64,000 nt of DNA from a virus (lineage: Duplodnaviria > Caudoviricetes), in the IMG/VR virus record IMGVR_UViG_3300037067_019204, positions 1-64,000 of that record, one strand, 5' to 3'. Position 1 is the first letter of the stretch, and every line of letters begins with the position of its first letter. This document shows positions 20,765-31,230 of this stretch, piece after piece. The position numbers and the translations under genes are program-made. The notes under the pieces were generated by a model that ran no database searches, was not told where the DNA came from, and saw only the letters and a list, made by a program, of their open reading frames with translations.

Positions 20765-21557
20765 AAGATATCTCCTTTTTCATATATTCCCATCCTGAAA
20801 TTACCCATTTACAATACATTTCATGATTTTTACCATACCAGCCACAGGAGTATGGGCATTGACTTTCGATTAAAGCAAATTCTCCTTTATCTGTTTCACC
20901 AAAATCTACAGCACCACAAAAATCTGCTGGAAAATTTACAATTTTTATTACAAATCCTGATACCCATATCTCTAGACGAGGAGCATCTGGCATCTTTTCT
21001 TCATCACCCCAATACCATTCTCCACATAATACTTTACCATTTGATATATAATAACGCCATTCATTTACAAAGTTAACTACATCACTACACCAATATGGAC
21101 CTTTCTTTTTTCCTTTATAAGATCCTGCTTTATGCACAAATCCAGTAAATCTCTTGTACCTATCTGCTGGTTTAATAAAGCACGTTTCATTCAAAGGCCA
21201 TTTGTCTGCTTCCCATACTTTTCTATATAAATATTCTGAAGATGCATAATCTGACGAAAGAAATTCAGGATAATAATCTGGTATGGGATGATATCCTAAA
21301 ATAGATTCAATCCATTCCACAGAACCACAGGGAACATACTCTTTTGGAAGAGTTTCTTTTTTATTTACTCTTATATAAGGAATCTTCTGCAAAGCACAAG
21401 TAATCATAACTGCCTGTGCTTCTTTAGAATTATCTTTCTTTAATAGAGCAAATCCTTTATATTCTTTTAAGTTAATCATTATTTTTCTGTAATTCATCAA
21501 TAAGAAACGCATCTTTACAAACATTACAATAAACAATTGGCTCAAATGCATGAGCAT
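20736..21557 (-). CDS. ATP-grasp domain protein (DUF4343-like)
   Basis: FIKP...KRFTG...EWRYY...AVDFG...LIE. Confidence 0.65.
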   Translation of the reverse strand: MLMHLSQLFIVMFVKMRFLLMNYRKIMINLKEYKGFALLKKDNSKEAQAVMITCALQKIPYIRVNKKETLPKEYVPCGSVEWIESILGYHPIPDYYPEFLSSDYASSEYLYRKVWEADKWPLNETCFIKPADRYKRFTGFVHKAGSYKGKKKGPYWCSDVVNFVNEWRYYISNGKVLCGEWYWGDEEKMPDAPRLEIWVSGFVIKIVNFPADFCGAVDFGETDKGEFALIESQCPYSCGWYGKNHEMYCKWVISGWEYMKKEISYVKKAYPKF

Positions 21558-21633
21558 GGAAATTAGAAGACTTACATGTTGAACATATATAATTTTTATT
21601 TATATAATCAATACTTATCATATTATTTCTCCT

Positions 21634-22104
21634 TTATATAATTTTACCAATTTTTACCAATTCATTAATATCGTAAATAACAGGTTTATTATCTTCCTCT
21701 CTTTGAACTAAATAAGCTATACCAGCATTTACAATAGTTCTTGCACAATTATTACAAGGAAAATTTTTCATTGTATGATTATAATTAACATTTGGGTCCC
21801 ATTTTCTATTATGGGAGGCAATATATAATGTTGCACCTAAACAACGCTCACGCCCACCAGACTGAATAATAGCATTTACTTCTGCATGTACAGCAATACA
21901 TTTATCATAACCTACTCCCATTGGCAAACCTTCTCGTCTACAAGGACTACAATGAGCAATTCCCCTTGCTGGGCCATTGTATCCAGTACCAAGAATTATA
22001 TCATTTTTTACAATTACTACACCAAAATTACCCTTTAAGCATTTTGATTCTTTAGAGATCAATTCAGCCAAGTTTAAATAAAAATTCATCTTTCTTTCAG
22101 TCAT
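21634..22104 (-). CDS. dCMP deaminase family
   Basis: GYNG, HAEVNAI, PCNNC. Confidence 0.88.
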   Translation of the reverse strand: MTERKMNFYLNLAELISKESKCLKGNFGVVIVKNDIILGTGYNGPARGIAHCSPCRREGLPMGVGYDKCIAVHAEVNAIIQSGGRERCLGATLYIASHNRKWDPNVNYNHTMKNFPCNNCARTIVNAGIAYLVQREEDNKPVIYDINELVKIGKII

Positions 22105-22138
22105 TTTGTATGCCTCTTCATTTCATTTTTTTATTATT

Positions 22139-22447
22139 TACCCCAGATAGGAATCGGACCTATGACCCACTACTTAGCTTCCAGCATTATGTTTCCATAA
22201 CCACCATAAAAGGCTTGCTGGCTGGACCATTTCTTCACCATTTCAGGTGGAGGACGTATGGCCTCTACGCATCCCATTATTCTTGGTTTGCTCGGAGTTG
22301 CCGGGAATTTAATCTGACGGTGTTCTCCGATATAGTCCTCTCCAGTTTTAATATTATATAAATAGATATTTATATGAATAATCTATTTTTCTATTAAAAC
22401 GCTCCTAACTTTAAAGGCAGTTGCTCTATCCACTGAGCTACTGGGGC
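22139..22447 (-). tRNA. tRNA-Arg(TCT) interrupted by group I intron (exons 22414-22447 and 22139-22177)
   Basis: Joined exons ACTGC-CT-T|CT-AA-GTAGT; GCCCCAG/CTGGGGT acceptor. Confidence 0.85.
22178..22413 (-). mobile_element. Group I intron (236 nt, no ORF) at anticodon position 34/35
   Basis: P ATATCGGAGAA, Q AACTCCGAG, R GTAGAGGCCAT, S AAGAAATGGTCC; guide TTAG|GAG; terminal G. Confidence 0.85.
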
Positions 22448-22452
22448 ATTTT

Positions 22453-23079
22453 TTAATTAACTTTTTTGGCTTTTCTCCATTTGTATCTATCTGAATTTCC
22501 AGAATTTTTATTTTTGCTACAGAATGTGGGAAGTAACCCATCACAATTTCTACATACTAGTCTACAATTATTTATTTCCCAATTCATTGGATTTCCATCA
22601 ATATGATCCAAAACTATGGGAACGGGAACCCCCTGCCATTTTTCAATCCCACATATAGAACATTTATGCCCAAATTTTTGAATTAAATATTTTTTTGGCC
22701 TAAAAAATATATCTCCAGTACGTGCTGTTTTAAGTGGGAATTTTCCTTCTTTTTCAACAAAGTCAACATATTTATTCCATTTATAAATATTTTCACAATA
22801 ATGACTACAATATTTTTTATAACTCCTAGATAATTTTTTGTTGCACACAGGGCAATTCCCCGGTTCTTTTCCGTGTCTGCGTTTTCCAGTATTATTATAA
22901 GATTGAGAACAAGAATGAGTACAAAAAATATTTCTTCTTTTTGCATAAGATAAAGATTTGCCACAAAATTTACATTTTTTAGGTTTACTTTCATAGTCTT
23001 TAATTCTATCTAAATATAATTTATTAAAAATTATTTTAGCTTTTGAATAACCTAATTTACCCGCATCACTTTTATTCAT
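22453..23079 (-). CDS. Free-standing HNH endonuclease
   Basis: CSICG...LDHIDGN..N...NCRLVCRNC. Confidence 0.85.
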   Translation of the reverse strand: MNKSDAGKLGYSKAKIIFNKLYLDRIKDYESKPKKCKFCGKSLSYAKRRNIFCTHSCSQSYNNTGKRRHGKEPGNCPVCNKKLSRSYKKYCSHYCENIYKWNKYVDFVEKEGKFPLKTARTGDIFFRPKKYLIQKFGHKCSICGIEKWQGVPVPIVLDHIDGNPMNWEINNCRLVCRNCDGLLPTFCSKNKNSGNSDRYKWRKAKKVN

Positions 23080-23355
23080 TTATACATTTGTCCAATTGTT
23101 ATAAACATATTTATTTCTTTCTTGAATTTTAATTCTTTTTTCATCTTTGTTCCACTGTATGAATCCATATATTTCAAAACAAAGATACATTATAAAATTT
23201 GTCATTAATGCCCATTCATGGTTTAAAATACTTACAATAATCCAACCAATACTGCATACTACCCACAGTATAAAACACCATTTAATCTTTTTTGCATTTA
23301 AATAATATCCTACTAAAGATATTAAAATAAAAGACCATTCGAAAAGTTTATCCAT
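23080..23355 (-). CDS. PnuC-like small membrane protein
   Basis: Three hydrophobic helices ending IYGFIQW. Confidence 0.5.
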   Translation of the reverse strand: MDKLFEWSFILISLVGYYLNAKKIKWCFILWVVCSIGWIIVSILNHEWALMTNFIMYLCFEIYGFIQWNKDEKRIKIQERNKYVYNNWTNV

Positions 23356-23357
23356 TT

Positions 23358-24089
23358 TTAATATCCCATAATTTTATAAGACCCCAGATAATTTTTATAT
23401 GGAGAAATTCCTGAATTATCTATGTATAAAGTACTATATTTTGATTCATTTAACATATTTGATAAGTCATACAACGATCTATTAACCATTTGATATACAG
23501 CATGATAAGAAACACCATATTCTCGTGCTAAATCTGCAATGGGTTCTCTATTAATTATAGCCCTTTTGATAACCTGTTCTTTATGCATAGATTTAGACTC
23601 TTTTTTAGCTAAAAAATTACAAAAATGAACAAAAGAATCTCCCATAAATTTATCTAACATTTGAATCTCAAAATCCAATCCTTTTATTGAAGGAGAACCA
23701 CCATTCATAAAAAATTCATGTTTTTGTATACGATTATATTTTGATATAAAATCATTAAATTTAAATATCATAAATTTTTTTATAAAATATTGAAACGATG
23801 CTAAAGTGTTTTCATAATCTTTTATACACTCTAAAAGAAATAAATACCCCTGTTGTTTTAAATCTCCATGTGTTAAAAAATCCCTCATTAAAAATGGATA
23901 TTGTTTATAAATATATCCTATTATTTTATATATAAATGGTTCAAACAAACAAAGTAAAATTTGGATATCTTCATCTTCTTTTCTATCTACTAATTCACTA
24001 ATTTTAGTATAAAGAAACTCGGTTTCTCCCTTTGTTCTATTGGGTTTTCTCCCCAATTTAACTATATAATGATTATTTATACTTTTCAT
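23358..24089 (-). CDS. Sigma-70-like factor
   Basis: DLKQQGYLFLLE region-2-like segment; C-terminal HTH IADLAREYGVSYHAV. Confidence 0.55.
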   Translation of the reverse strand: MKSINNHYIVKLGRKPNRTKGETEFLYTKISELVDRKEDEDIQILLCLFEPFIYKIIGYIYKQYPFLMRDFLTHGDLKQQGYLFLLECIKDYENTLASFQYFIKKFMIFKFNDFISKYNRIQKHEFFMNGGSPSIKGLDFEIQMLDKFMGDSFVHFCNFLAKKESKSMHKEQVIKRAIINREPIADLAREYGVSYHAVYQMVNRSLYDLSNMLNESKYSTLYIDNSGISPYKNYLGSYKIMGY

Positions 24090-24298
24090 TTTTTTTCTTT
24101 AAAAATTGTTCTTTAAACCATCTTTTATATGGCCATCCTGACATTCCATTATTATAGCCACAATTACACTTACTTATATAAACCCCACACTTTTTACAGT
24201 GAACCTCATATCCACTGCAATAGGGAGTATCACAAGGTAAATATACACAATAATTATCATAAAATTCATGCTGACAATTATTAACTTTATCCCAAAAA

Positions 24299-24622
24299 CT
24301 ATTCATTACCAAACTTCTCAGCATATTGTTCTACAAAATTACGGAAAGTTTTTGTCTGTAAATAAACAATAACAATCTTTTTCTGTAAAGCAAAACACAT
24401 ACCTAAATCAAAAACAGTTCCAATAGAACGAGAATCCCACAGAACATGTACTTCATCTGCCCACTCTATAATTCTTCTATTATAATCACAAATTTGATAT
24501 TCTGTGCCAGAAAGACTATCAAATGCAGGAACTTTAACAGTATGACCTTGTTTTTCCAATTCCTGCTTGTGTTCTCTCATTTTTTCTTGATACGCCGTTG
24601 TTCCAATTATTGCTATATTCAT
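24299..24622 (-). CDS. Nucleoside 2-deoxyribosyltransferase-like fold
   Basis: IEWADEV...SIGTVFDLGM. Confidence 0.5.
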   Translation of the reverse strand: MNIAIIGTTAYQEKMREHKQELEKQGHTVKVPAFDSLSGTEYQICDYNRRIIEWADEVHVLWDSRSIGTVFDLGMCFALQKKIVIVYLQTKTFRNFVEQYAEKFGNE

Positions 24623-25297
24623 ATCATATCTCCTTTATTTATATTTAAAATAATATCCTCAATGTAAATATAATTAGCTAAATAAACTTGACTTTTACTT
24701 TTTTCTTTTTTTGATACTTTTTTACATTTGCATTTAACTATTGCTTTATTTTGTATATTAGTAAATCTTTTTAAGTATTCAAGACACAATTCAACAGATG
24801 GGATTACATGCCAACCTGATAAATACATAGACCCCGCACCATCTCTAACCATTTTTTTATCAGCTTTTATCCACTCTTTTATTGGTATAATTTTAGAACC
24901 ATTTAATCCATGAAACAATGTTTTAATTTTATTATTGTCATAATCTACTATTTTATACCAAAATTTCATATTTAAATACTTTCCCCAATTGTTTGAAATA
25001 CAGTCCATTGAAATACTTTTCCTTCCTTAAATATAGCACTTTCACTTACTGAACTTTCCTCATTAGCTGTAGAAAATATATGAAAACCTGTACTTACTTT
25101 TACTATGCATTGTGAATGAGGAGAAGCAGTACACCCATATTTATTATCTATATAGACACTGAGAGTCCATTCTGTTTGATTATTAAATAATAGTGCTGTG
25201 TATTTTTCGTTAGCAAAACCTATCAGAGTAATAAAAATTATAAAAACAGTACAAATAATTTTTTTCACAAAACCCTCCTTTTAATTATATTTTTATC

Positions 25298-25371
25298 TGG
25301 GCCTCCTCAGATTCGAACTGAGTACCACCTGATTATGAGTCAGGTGCTCTAACCAAGTGAGCTAGAGGCCC
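25298..25371 (-). tRNA. tRNA with CAT anticodon, Ile2-type likely (or elongator Met)
   Basis: GGGCCTC acceptor; CCTGA-CT-CAT-AA-TCAGG. Confidence 0.85.
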
Positions 25372-25708
25372 TAATTATTTATTTTTCTCTTCAAAGGGAT
25401 CTCCAGTAGTACTAATAAAAATAGCCCCATCACCATCCCCAACTTTAGAAGTTTCTGGAGAAGTTTCTCCTATTTTAGTTCTTCTTCCTTCTATTTCAAA
25501 TCTAATAAACCACAAATCTATGTAAAACTTATACAAATATTCTTTACCTGTAGGTTCTTCAAATAAACTTGTGCCAATTAAAGTATCATGATTAAAATAT
25601 TTTATACAAATACTTTTATAATTATGAATATTGATTCCTGCATAAAAACGAATATTTTTAATCACACATGATTTCCCAATTGATTTATACATATAATATC
25701 TCCTATTT

Positions 25709-25783
25709 TGGGTTCTCTGAGATTTGGACTCAGGATCTACAGCCTATCAAGCTGTCGCTTTAGGCCAACTAAGCTAAGAACCC
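25709..25783 (-). tRNA. tRNA-Ile(GAT)
   Basis: ACAGC-TT-GAT-AG-GCTGT. Confidence 0.85.
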
Positions 25784-26553
25784 TTAGTTTACTTATTTAT
25801 ATAACATAATCTTTATTATAAATATACTTTTTTATATCTTCATTTTTAAACATTTTTGAAACATCTTTTTCCCAAAAACAAAACATCATTTTATCATATG
25901 ACCACATTCCTTTTTCAATCTCTTCTAATAATAATCCTTTTTTACCTTCTAATTCTAGTCTTTTTCTTTTTTTAATAGCCACTTCAAACACAGCTAATTT
26001 TGCTTCCAGAACCCATTCGTTTCTAGAACCAAAACATAAACAAAAAATAAGACCACAAACTAAAATTATTATTGCTATAAAAAAGTTTATTGACATAAGT
26101 TTTATTTATTTTTTAATTTCACCCCAAATCCAATCAACTTCTTCTACAACTTCTTTTAAATTATTCTTTACTTGATTCTTTTGTCTTTCTAAAGAAGTAT
26201 CTATTCCTTTTATATTATTAAATCTATTTTTAATTATTTTTTTAATAGCATTATTACCATTATCTGCAATAGCATAAATCCACTCTATTGATTTTTCATG
26301 TTGTATGTATGTTTTAAATAATTTCATATAGTAACCATTTTAATGATCTGGCAATAATGTTTCAAACGTAAAATCAATTCCATTTTTTACTTCATAAACT
26401 TTAATTGATTTTAATTCTTTTTCTTCACTTACTGGATATCCTTTTTTTCTTATTTTTTCAATAGCCTCTATTTCATCTTCAGCTATTATAAAATAAGTAA
26501 TTACTTCTGTTGTTTGGTTAATTCTTGCTCTAAATAGTTTCATATTTAACCTC

Positions 26554-27231
26554 CTATATAAAAATTTCCACCCACCATTTAGTATTAGGCACACAATTTA
26601 AGCATTTCCAATCAGTTTTTCCGCATCTTCCTTGTGCATAGCCATGAAAATGTGCAAAAAACCAATTTTTTGGTTTAAACTGTTCCCATACAATATCCAA
26701 TAATCTACTAGTTGGATCATATAATTTATCATAAATCCCCAATTTATCAAAAATATTAAATATAAAAGGACAAGTATGACTAAAAATAACATCTGCTTTA
26801 ATATTTCTTGAAACAATATATTCTAAATCTTTTTCGTTAAGAACTTCTTGGGAAAACCAACTTATTCCAGCAGTTCTCCATTGTTTATCAATACTATCTG
26901 CACCACCTATAAATAAAAAAGTCTTATTATTAATAATTGTAGATGATCCTATTGGACAATAAAAAATATTTGGTTCAATTTCTATTGGATCTGGCCCATT
27001 TCTACCAATAATTTTTTCAAATAAATTCCAATCCTCATGGTTTCCGGGTAATAAATAAATTTTAGTGTTATTTGGTTTAATTTTACATTTTTGGTGCTCA
27101 CCGGCCCAAAAATAAGCGGAATCACCACAAACAATGCAATAACTGGGGGATTTTTTTGTAATAATTTTATTTAGGGCACCAAAGTCCCCATGAATATCAC
27201 CTGTAATTAATAATTTTTGATTCATCATCAA
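26554..27231 (-). CDS. Calcineurin-like metallophosphoesterase
   Basis: GDIHG, GD, PGNHE, SH, HFH. Confidence 0.88.
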   Translation of the reverse strand: MMMNQKLLITGDIHGDFGALNKIITKKSPSYCIVCGDSAYFWAGEHQKCKIKPNNTKIYLLPGNHEDWNLFEKIIGRNGPDPIEIEPNIFYCPIGSSTIINNKTFLFIGGADSIDKQWRTAGISWFSQEVLNEKDLEYIVSRNIKADVIFSHTCPFIFNIFDKLGIYDKLYDPTSRLLDIVWEQFKPKNWFFAHFHGYAQGRCGKTDWKCLNCVPNTKWWVEIFI

Positions 27232-27991
27232 ATAACCCCCATCCTATAAATTTACTGTGTTGATAACCTCTTGGTGATTCCTGTACTATAGAATTTTTAT
27301 ATTTAAATAGTGTGGTTGGGCTAATTTTTTGTTTTTTGCACCAAGAAATTATTCCATATATTTCTATAATAGGTTTATTTGGTCTAATCAAAAACCATTT
27401 TTTACTACTAGGATTATTAACTCCAATCTTATTCTTCTTTATCCATATTTTTCTATCATTTTTTGACATTTTACTTAAAAAATGATTTTTTCCAGAAATT
27501 ATTTTACCATTTTTATACATTCCATTTTTATCTCCTTTAAATCCAAATTTAAATGGATTTAAAGGATCATTTTTCATTCTTTCTCGAAACATAGTTATAT
27601 TTTTTTCTGAATGCTTTAATCCGGGTATTCCTTCTCCACCAGAAGTCATGTTATATCCATAAATATTGTCAAAATTTTTTCCATCGGACCCAAAACTTCT
27701 ATAAAAATAGATAACATCTTTTTCAGCAATATTTAATTTATAATTCAATTTTTCTTTTGTTCTAGCTGAAATTTTACCTAAAACAATATATTTAAAATTA
27801 TGTTTTCCGTACTTTCGAATAGATTTATAAAAATATTTTGTTGGTTCTATTGATAAGCAAGAAGCACACAAAAAATGATTGTGAATGTAATTATCAACAT
27901 TATGTGTTGTTTTACCAATATAAATTTTATTATTTTGTATATTGGTAATTTTATAAATATATCCATAATACATTTTATGTAACTCCTTCAT
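27197..27991 (-). CDS. GIY-YIG homing endonuclease (Seg-like)
   Basis: GYIY...IYIG; GYNMTSGGEG; NUMOD3-like repeats. Confidence 0.85.
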   Translation of the reverse strand: MKELHKMYYGYIYKITNIQNNKIYIGKTTHNVDNYIHNHFLCASCLSIEPTKYFYKSIRKYGKHNFKYIVLGKISARTKEKLNYKLNIAEKDVIYFYRSFGSDGKNFDNIYGYNMTSGGEGIPGLKHSEKNITMFRERMKNDPLNPFKFGFKGDKNGMYKNGKIISGKNHFLSKMSKNDRKIWIKKNKIGVNNPSSKKWFLIRPNKPIIEIYGIISWCKKQKISPTTLFKYKNSIVQESPRGYQHSKFIGWGLFDDESKIINYR

Positions 27992-28062
27992 AACTTATTG
28001 TTTATCATGGTATTTAATGCACCAAAATCTCCATGAATATCACCACAAACTATAGTTTTCAT
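27988..28062 (-). pseudogene. Orphan 24-codon N-terminal fragment of the metallophosphoesterase
   Basis: MKTIVCGDIHGDFGALNTMINNKL* shares GDIHGDFGALN with 26554-27231. Confidence 0.8.
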
Positions 28063-28988
28063 TCTTCCTCGATTATTTCTCCATTTTTATCTAATAAACA
28101 ACAATAAAATTTATCATGCTCATCTTTTGATCTTTTTTTAAGTGTATCAAAAATTAATTTTGGATCTTTTTTGTTAAATGAAACAATAGAAAATCCATTT
28201 TTTGCCAAATCTTCCTCAATAAATTGAGAGAGTCCTCCAAAAACACCAAGATAACCGTGGCTGGAGTAACTATTTTCTTTTTTTGCTACTAATACAATAC
28301 ATTTTTTGTCTAATTCTCTTACTTTATCTTGTATAATATGAAATAAATCTGTTTTTTCATAATATTCCATAAAATTACCTCAAACTTTTCTTCCCACAGA
28401 CTTTAAAATTGAAAGACTTTCCATATTTGTTATAATATGCGTTCAAATATCCTCCTAAAGTCCCTTTTGCATTCTCAAATTCTTCTTTTTTTTGTGCCAA
28501 TTCATCTTTATCCACAGAATCAGGATTGTCAAGATATTTATGGAATATAATATAATATGTTTTTCGTGCTTTATTCAAATCAGGCAAAAAATTACAGATA
28601 GTTTTATTGTCTTTTTTCATTTCTGCATCAACTTCTGCTTTTGTGTGTAATTGGACAAAAGTACAACTGGCAAACATAAAAGCACATAAGATAAAAATCA
28701 TTTTTTTCATATTATTTCTCCCATTCATTAAACTTCAAATTCTTTTACTATTTTTCCATTTCTTTCTTTTTTTATATGTTTAGTTATGTCAAAAATAACT
28801 TTTTCAGCTTCTTTGTAGGAACTAAAAATTGCTTTTCTTTGCATATATGGATAATGTTTTTGTAAAACCCAAAAGTATCTCCAACAAAACAATCCCCTCC
28901 ATTGTGCATGATAAAGCCCATTCTTATATATAATTCTCATTTTGAATTTATCTTTTTTATTCATACCTAACCTTTTATATAAATAAAT

Positions 28989-29071
28989 TAGGTCGAGAGG
29001 GAGTTGAACCCTCAATCCATAATGGCATCAGGGCTTAAACCTGATGTGTATGCCAGTTCCACCATCGACCC
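28989..29071 (-). tRNA. tRNA-Leu(TAA)
   Basis: TCAGG-TT-TAA-GC-CCTGA, long V arm. Confidence 0.88.
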
Positions 29072-29085
29072 ATATTTTAAAACTG

Positions 29086-29159
29086 AGCACGTTATCCGAT
29101 TTGAACGGATGATATTTCTTCATTTGCAGTGAAGTGCCTTACCACTCAGCCAAACGTGC
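29086..29159 (-). tRNA. tRNA-Cys(GCA)
   Basis: CTTCA-CT-GCA-AA-TGAAG, U73. Confidence 0.85.
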
Positions 29160-29793
29160 TTTAATAATAATTTAAAAATCTCCAGAGGCTCCACCACCCC
29201 CAAAATCTCCACCACCACCACTAAAATCATCACTTGAACTGGAACTTGAGCCAAAATCAGAATCAAAACTTGAACTAGAACTTGAATCAGAATCCAATAA
29301 AGAACCAATTACTGAACCTATAATAACCGCATCAAGAATATCAATACTACCATCTTCTTTACGCCTAATAGAAGATTCAACAGCACGTCTTTTTTCTTGA
29401 GAAAGTTTTTTAAGTTTCTTTTCAAAATCAGCAATCTTTCGCCCCTGAATTAATTTTTTCATATTATTTTCTCCAATTAATTTAATTAAAAGCTTACTTT
29501 ATTTATATAATTTGCCCCTAAAAAATTATAGGTGTATAACGACCCAAAATAATATACTACTTAGTCTTTATACAATCTATAGTTTGTAAAACATGTGCAA
29601 GATTTAAAGCTGATTGTGTGTATTTGAGTGCATCGTCTGCTTTAATATCTTTAGATATTTTTTCTGTTAATAATATTATCGATTTTTCAATACTTTCTAT
29701 TTTCATTATGGGTTTTATCTCCTTAATTTTTATTTATATTTTTTGGGTCATTATATTCAATTGCTTATTTTATTGCCTTTTTTATAACTTGTA

Positions 29794-30006
29794 TTAAATT
29801 ATTTTAATATCTCTCCAACAAGAAAGTGCATCTATCATCATACAAAGAGCATCTTCTACATTATCACCTTGAGTAAGCAACCCTTTATTTTTTGGGCTTG
29901 TAACAGTATATCCAACTTCTGGTTTTTTACACTGATGAAATAAAAATTCATAAGTTTCATTATTATCTAATGTAAGTACAATAGAATTTATGCCTACTTT
30001 TTTCAT
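29794..30006 (-). CDS. HicB-like protein
   Basis: GYTVTSP...GLLTQGDNVEDAL. Confidence 0.65.
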   Translation of the reverse strand: MKKVGINSIVLTLDNNETYEFLFHQCKKPEVGYTVTSPKNKGLLTQGDNVEDALCMMIDALSCWRDIKII

Positions 30007-30283
30007 TATTTATTTTTCTCCTTTTCCCGTTCTTCATATTTTCTTACACGTTCCCAAAACTCTTTCTTGATATAATCAATAATTTTATAAAAATCTATAT
30101 TTGGGAATTTATCTTTATTATCTTCTATAATAATTGCAGCAAGAGCTAATATAAGAACAATAAAACTAAAAATTGGAATTATTGATAGCCATTTAAAATG
30201 GACTAACTCAATAATTAAAGATATGATATATAAAATCAAAAACGCAACGTGATATTTAGTATTTTTCATATTAATCTCCTTAT

Positions 30284-30357
30284 CTGACCTGAAACGATTC
30301 GAACGCTTGATTATCTGATCCAAATTCAGATCCCTTAAACCACTTGGGTACAGGTCA
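30284..30357 (-). tRNA. tRNA-Gln(TTG)
   Basis: TCTGA-AT-TTG-GA-TCAGA; U1-A72. Confidence 0.85.
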
Positions 30358-30510
30358 ATAAAAATAAAAGACAGAGACAGTATGCTCTCTGTCTTTTCAA
30401 TATATAAACAATAAAAAGATTATTCAATTTTGTCAATTAAAAAATTGCTAATTTTTTAACAATTTTTCCGTTTTCAAAGATCTAATTAAGATAAAAATAT
30501 CTTAATTTTT

Positions 30511-30598
30511 CGGAGATTGAGAGATTCGAACTCCCATCGGTTTTTACACCTACATCTGCTTTCAAGGCAGGTCGCTTGCGCCGTTAGCGTAAATCTCC
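30511..30598 (-). tRNA. tRNA-Ser(TGA)
   Basis: CTGC-CT-TGA-AA-GCAG, long V arm, G73. Confidence 0.85.
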
Positions 30599-30603
30599 TT
30601 TTG

Positions 30604-30690
30604 CGGTTACGATTGGATTCGAACCAATGGGACTTTTACATCCACTTGTTTAGCAGACAAGTGCCTTAAGCCAAACTCGGCCACATAACC
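30604..30690 (-). tRNA. tRNA-Ser(GCT)
   Basis: CTTGT-CT-GCT-AA-ACAAG, long V arm. Confidence 0.9.
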
Positions 30691-30692
30691 AT

Positions 30693-30765
30693 TAGGGCTA
30701 CTCGGAATTGAACCGGGATTCCGAGAGTGAAATTCTCGTGAACTAAACCATTGTTCGATAGCCCC
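30693..30765 (-). tRNA. tRNA-Glu(TTC)
   Basis: CGAGA-AT-TTC-AC-TCTCG. Confidence 0.85.
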
Positions 30766-30770
30766 AAGAA

Positions 30771-30840
30771 TGAGTCAGGAGAAGATTCGAACTTCTTAGT
30801 ATCGACTCTACGGATACCTTTACCACTATTTCTCTGACTC
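30771..30840 (-). ncRNA. Aberrant tRNA-like RNA (no D stem, 9-nt anticodon loop)
   Basis: GAGTCAG/CTGACTC acceptor, AGAAG-TTCGAAT-CTTCT T arm, GTATC-CGTAGAGTC-GATAC. Confidence 0.55.
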
Positions 30841-30843
30841 CTG

Positions 30844-30916
30844 TGGAAGCGACGAGATTCGAACTCGCTACTTTCTGGTTGCAGGCCAGACGCTCTCCCA
30901 ACTGAGCTACGCCCCC
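30844..30916 (-). tRNA. tRNA-Ala(TGC), C33
   Basis: TCTGG-CC-TGC-AA-CCAGA; G3-U70. Confidence 0.88.
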
Positions 30917-30918
30917 AT

Positions 30919-30991
30919 TGGCTCCACTAGGGTTTGAACCTAGGCAATTCTCCTTGTAAGGAAGACGCTCTACCATTTGAGCTATGGAGCT
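30919..30991 (-). tRNA. tRNA-Val(TAC)
   Basis: TCTTC-CT-TAC-AA-GGAGA. Confidence 0.85.
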
Positions 30992-31070
30992 TTAAAAGAG
31001 CTACTCTTTTCTTTAAATAGGCTGTTGCTCGTCTTTCCTATACATGATTTAAAGCTAATGCATACTTATG

Positions 31071-31144
31071 TGGGGCGAAAGGAACTTGAATCCTTAACTT
31101 ACTGATTAAAATTCAGTTACTCTAGCCAATTGAGTTACCGCCCC
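31071..31144 (-). tRNA. tRNA-Lys(TTT)
   Basis: ACTGA-AT-TTT-AA-TCAGT. Confidence 0.88.
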
Positions 31145-31149
31145 TTATT

Positions 31150-31222
31150 TGAGTTAGGAAGGAGTCGGACCCTCATCTGATGGGTTACAGCCATGCGTGT
31201 TACCGTTAAACACTACTAACTC
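31150..31222 (-). tRNA. tRNA-Tyr(GTA) lacking the long variable arm
   Basis: ATGG-CT-GTA-AC-CCAT; GAGTTAG/CTAACTC. Confidence 0.75.
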
Positions 31223-31230
31223 ATAATAAT

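Noticed and set aside
30484-30507. AATTAAGATA/TATCTTAATT palindrome, also at 60670-60690
   Set aside because: Very AT-rich with different spacing in the two copies; not distinguishable from background
30743-30976. 77-aa ORF
   Set aside because: Overlaps consecutive tRNA genes
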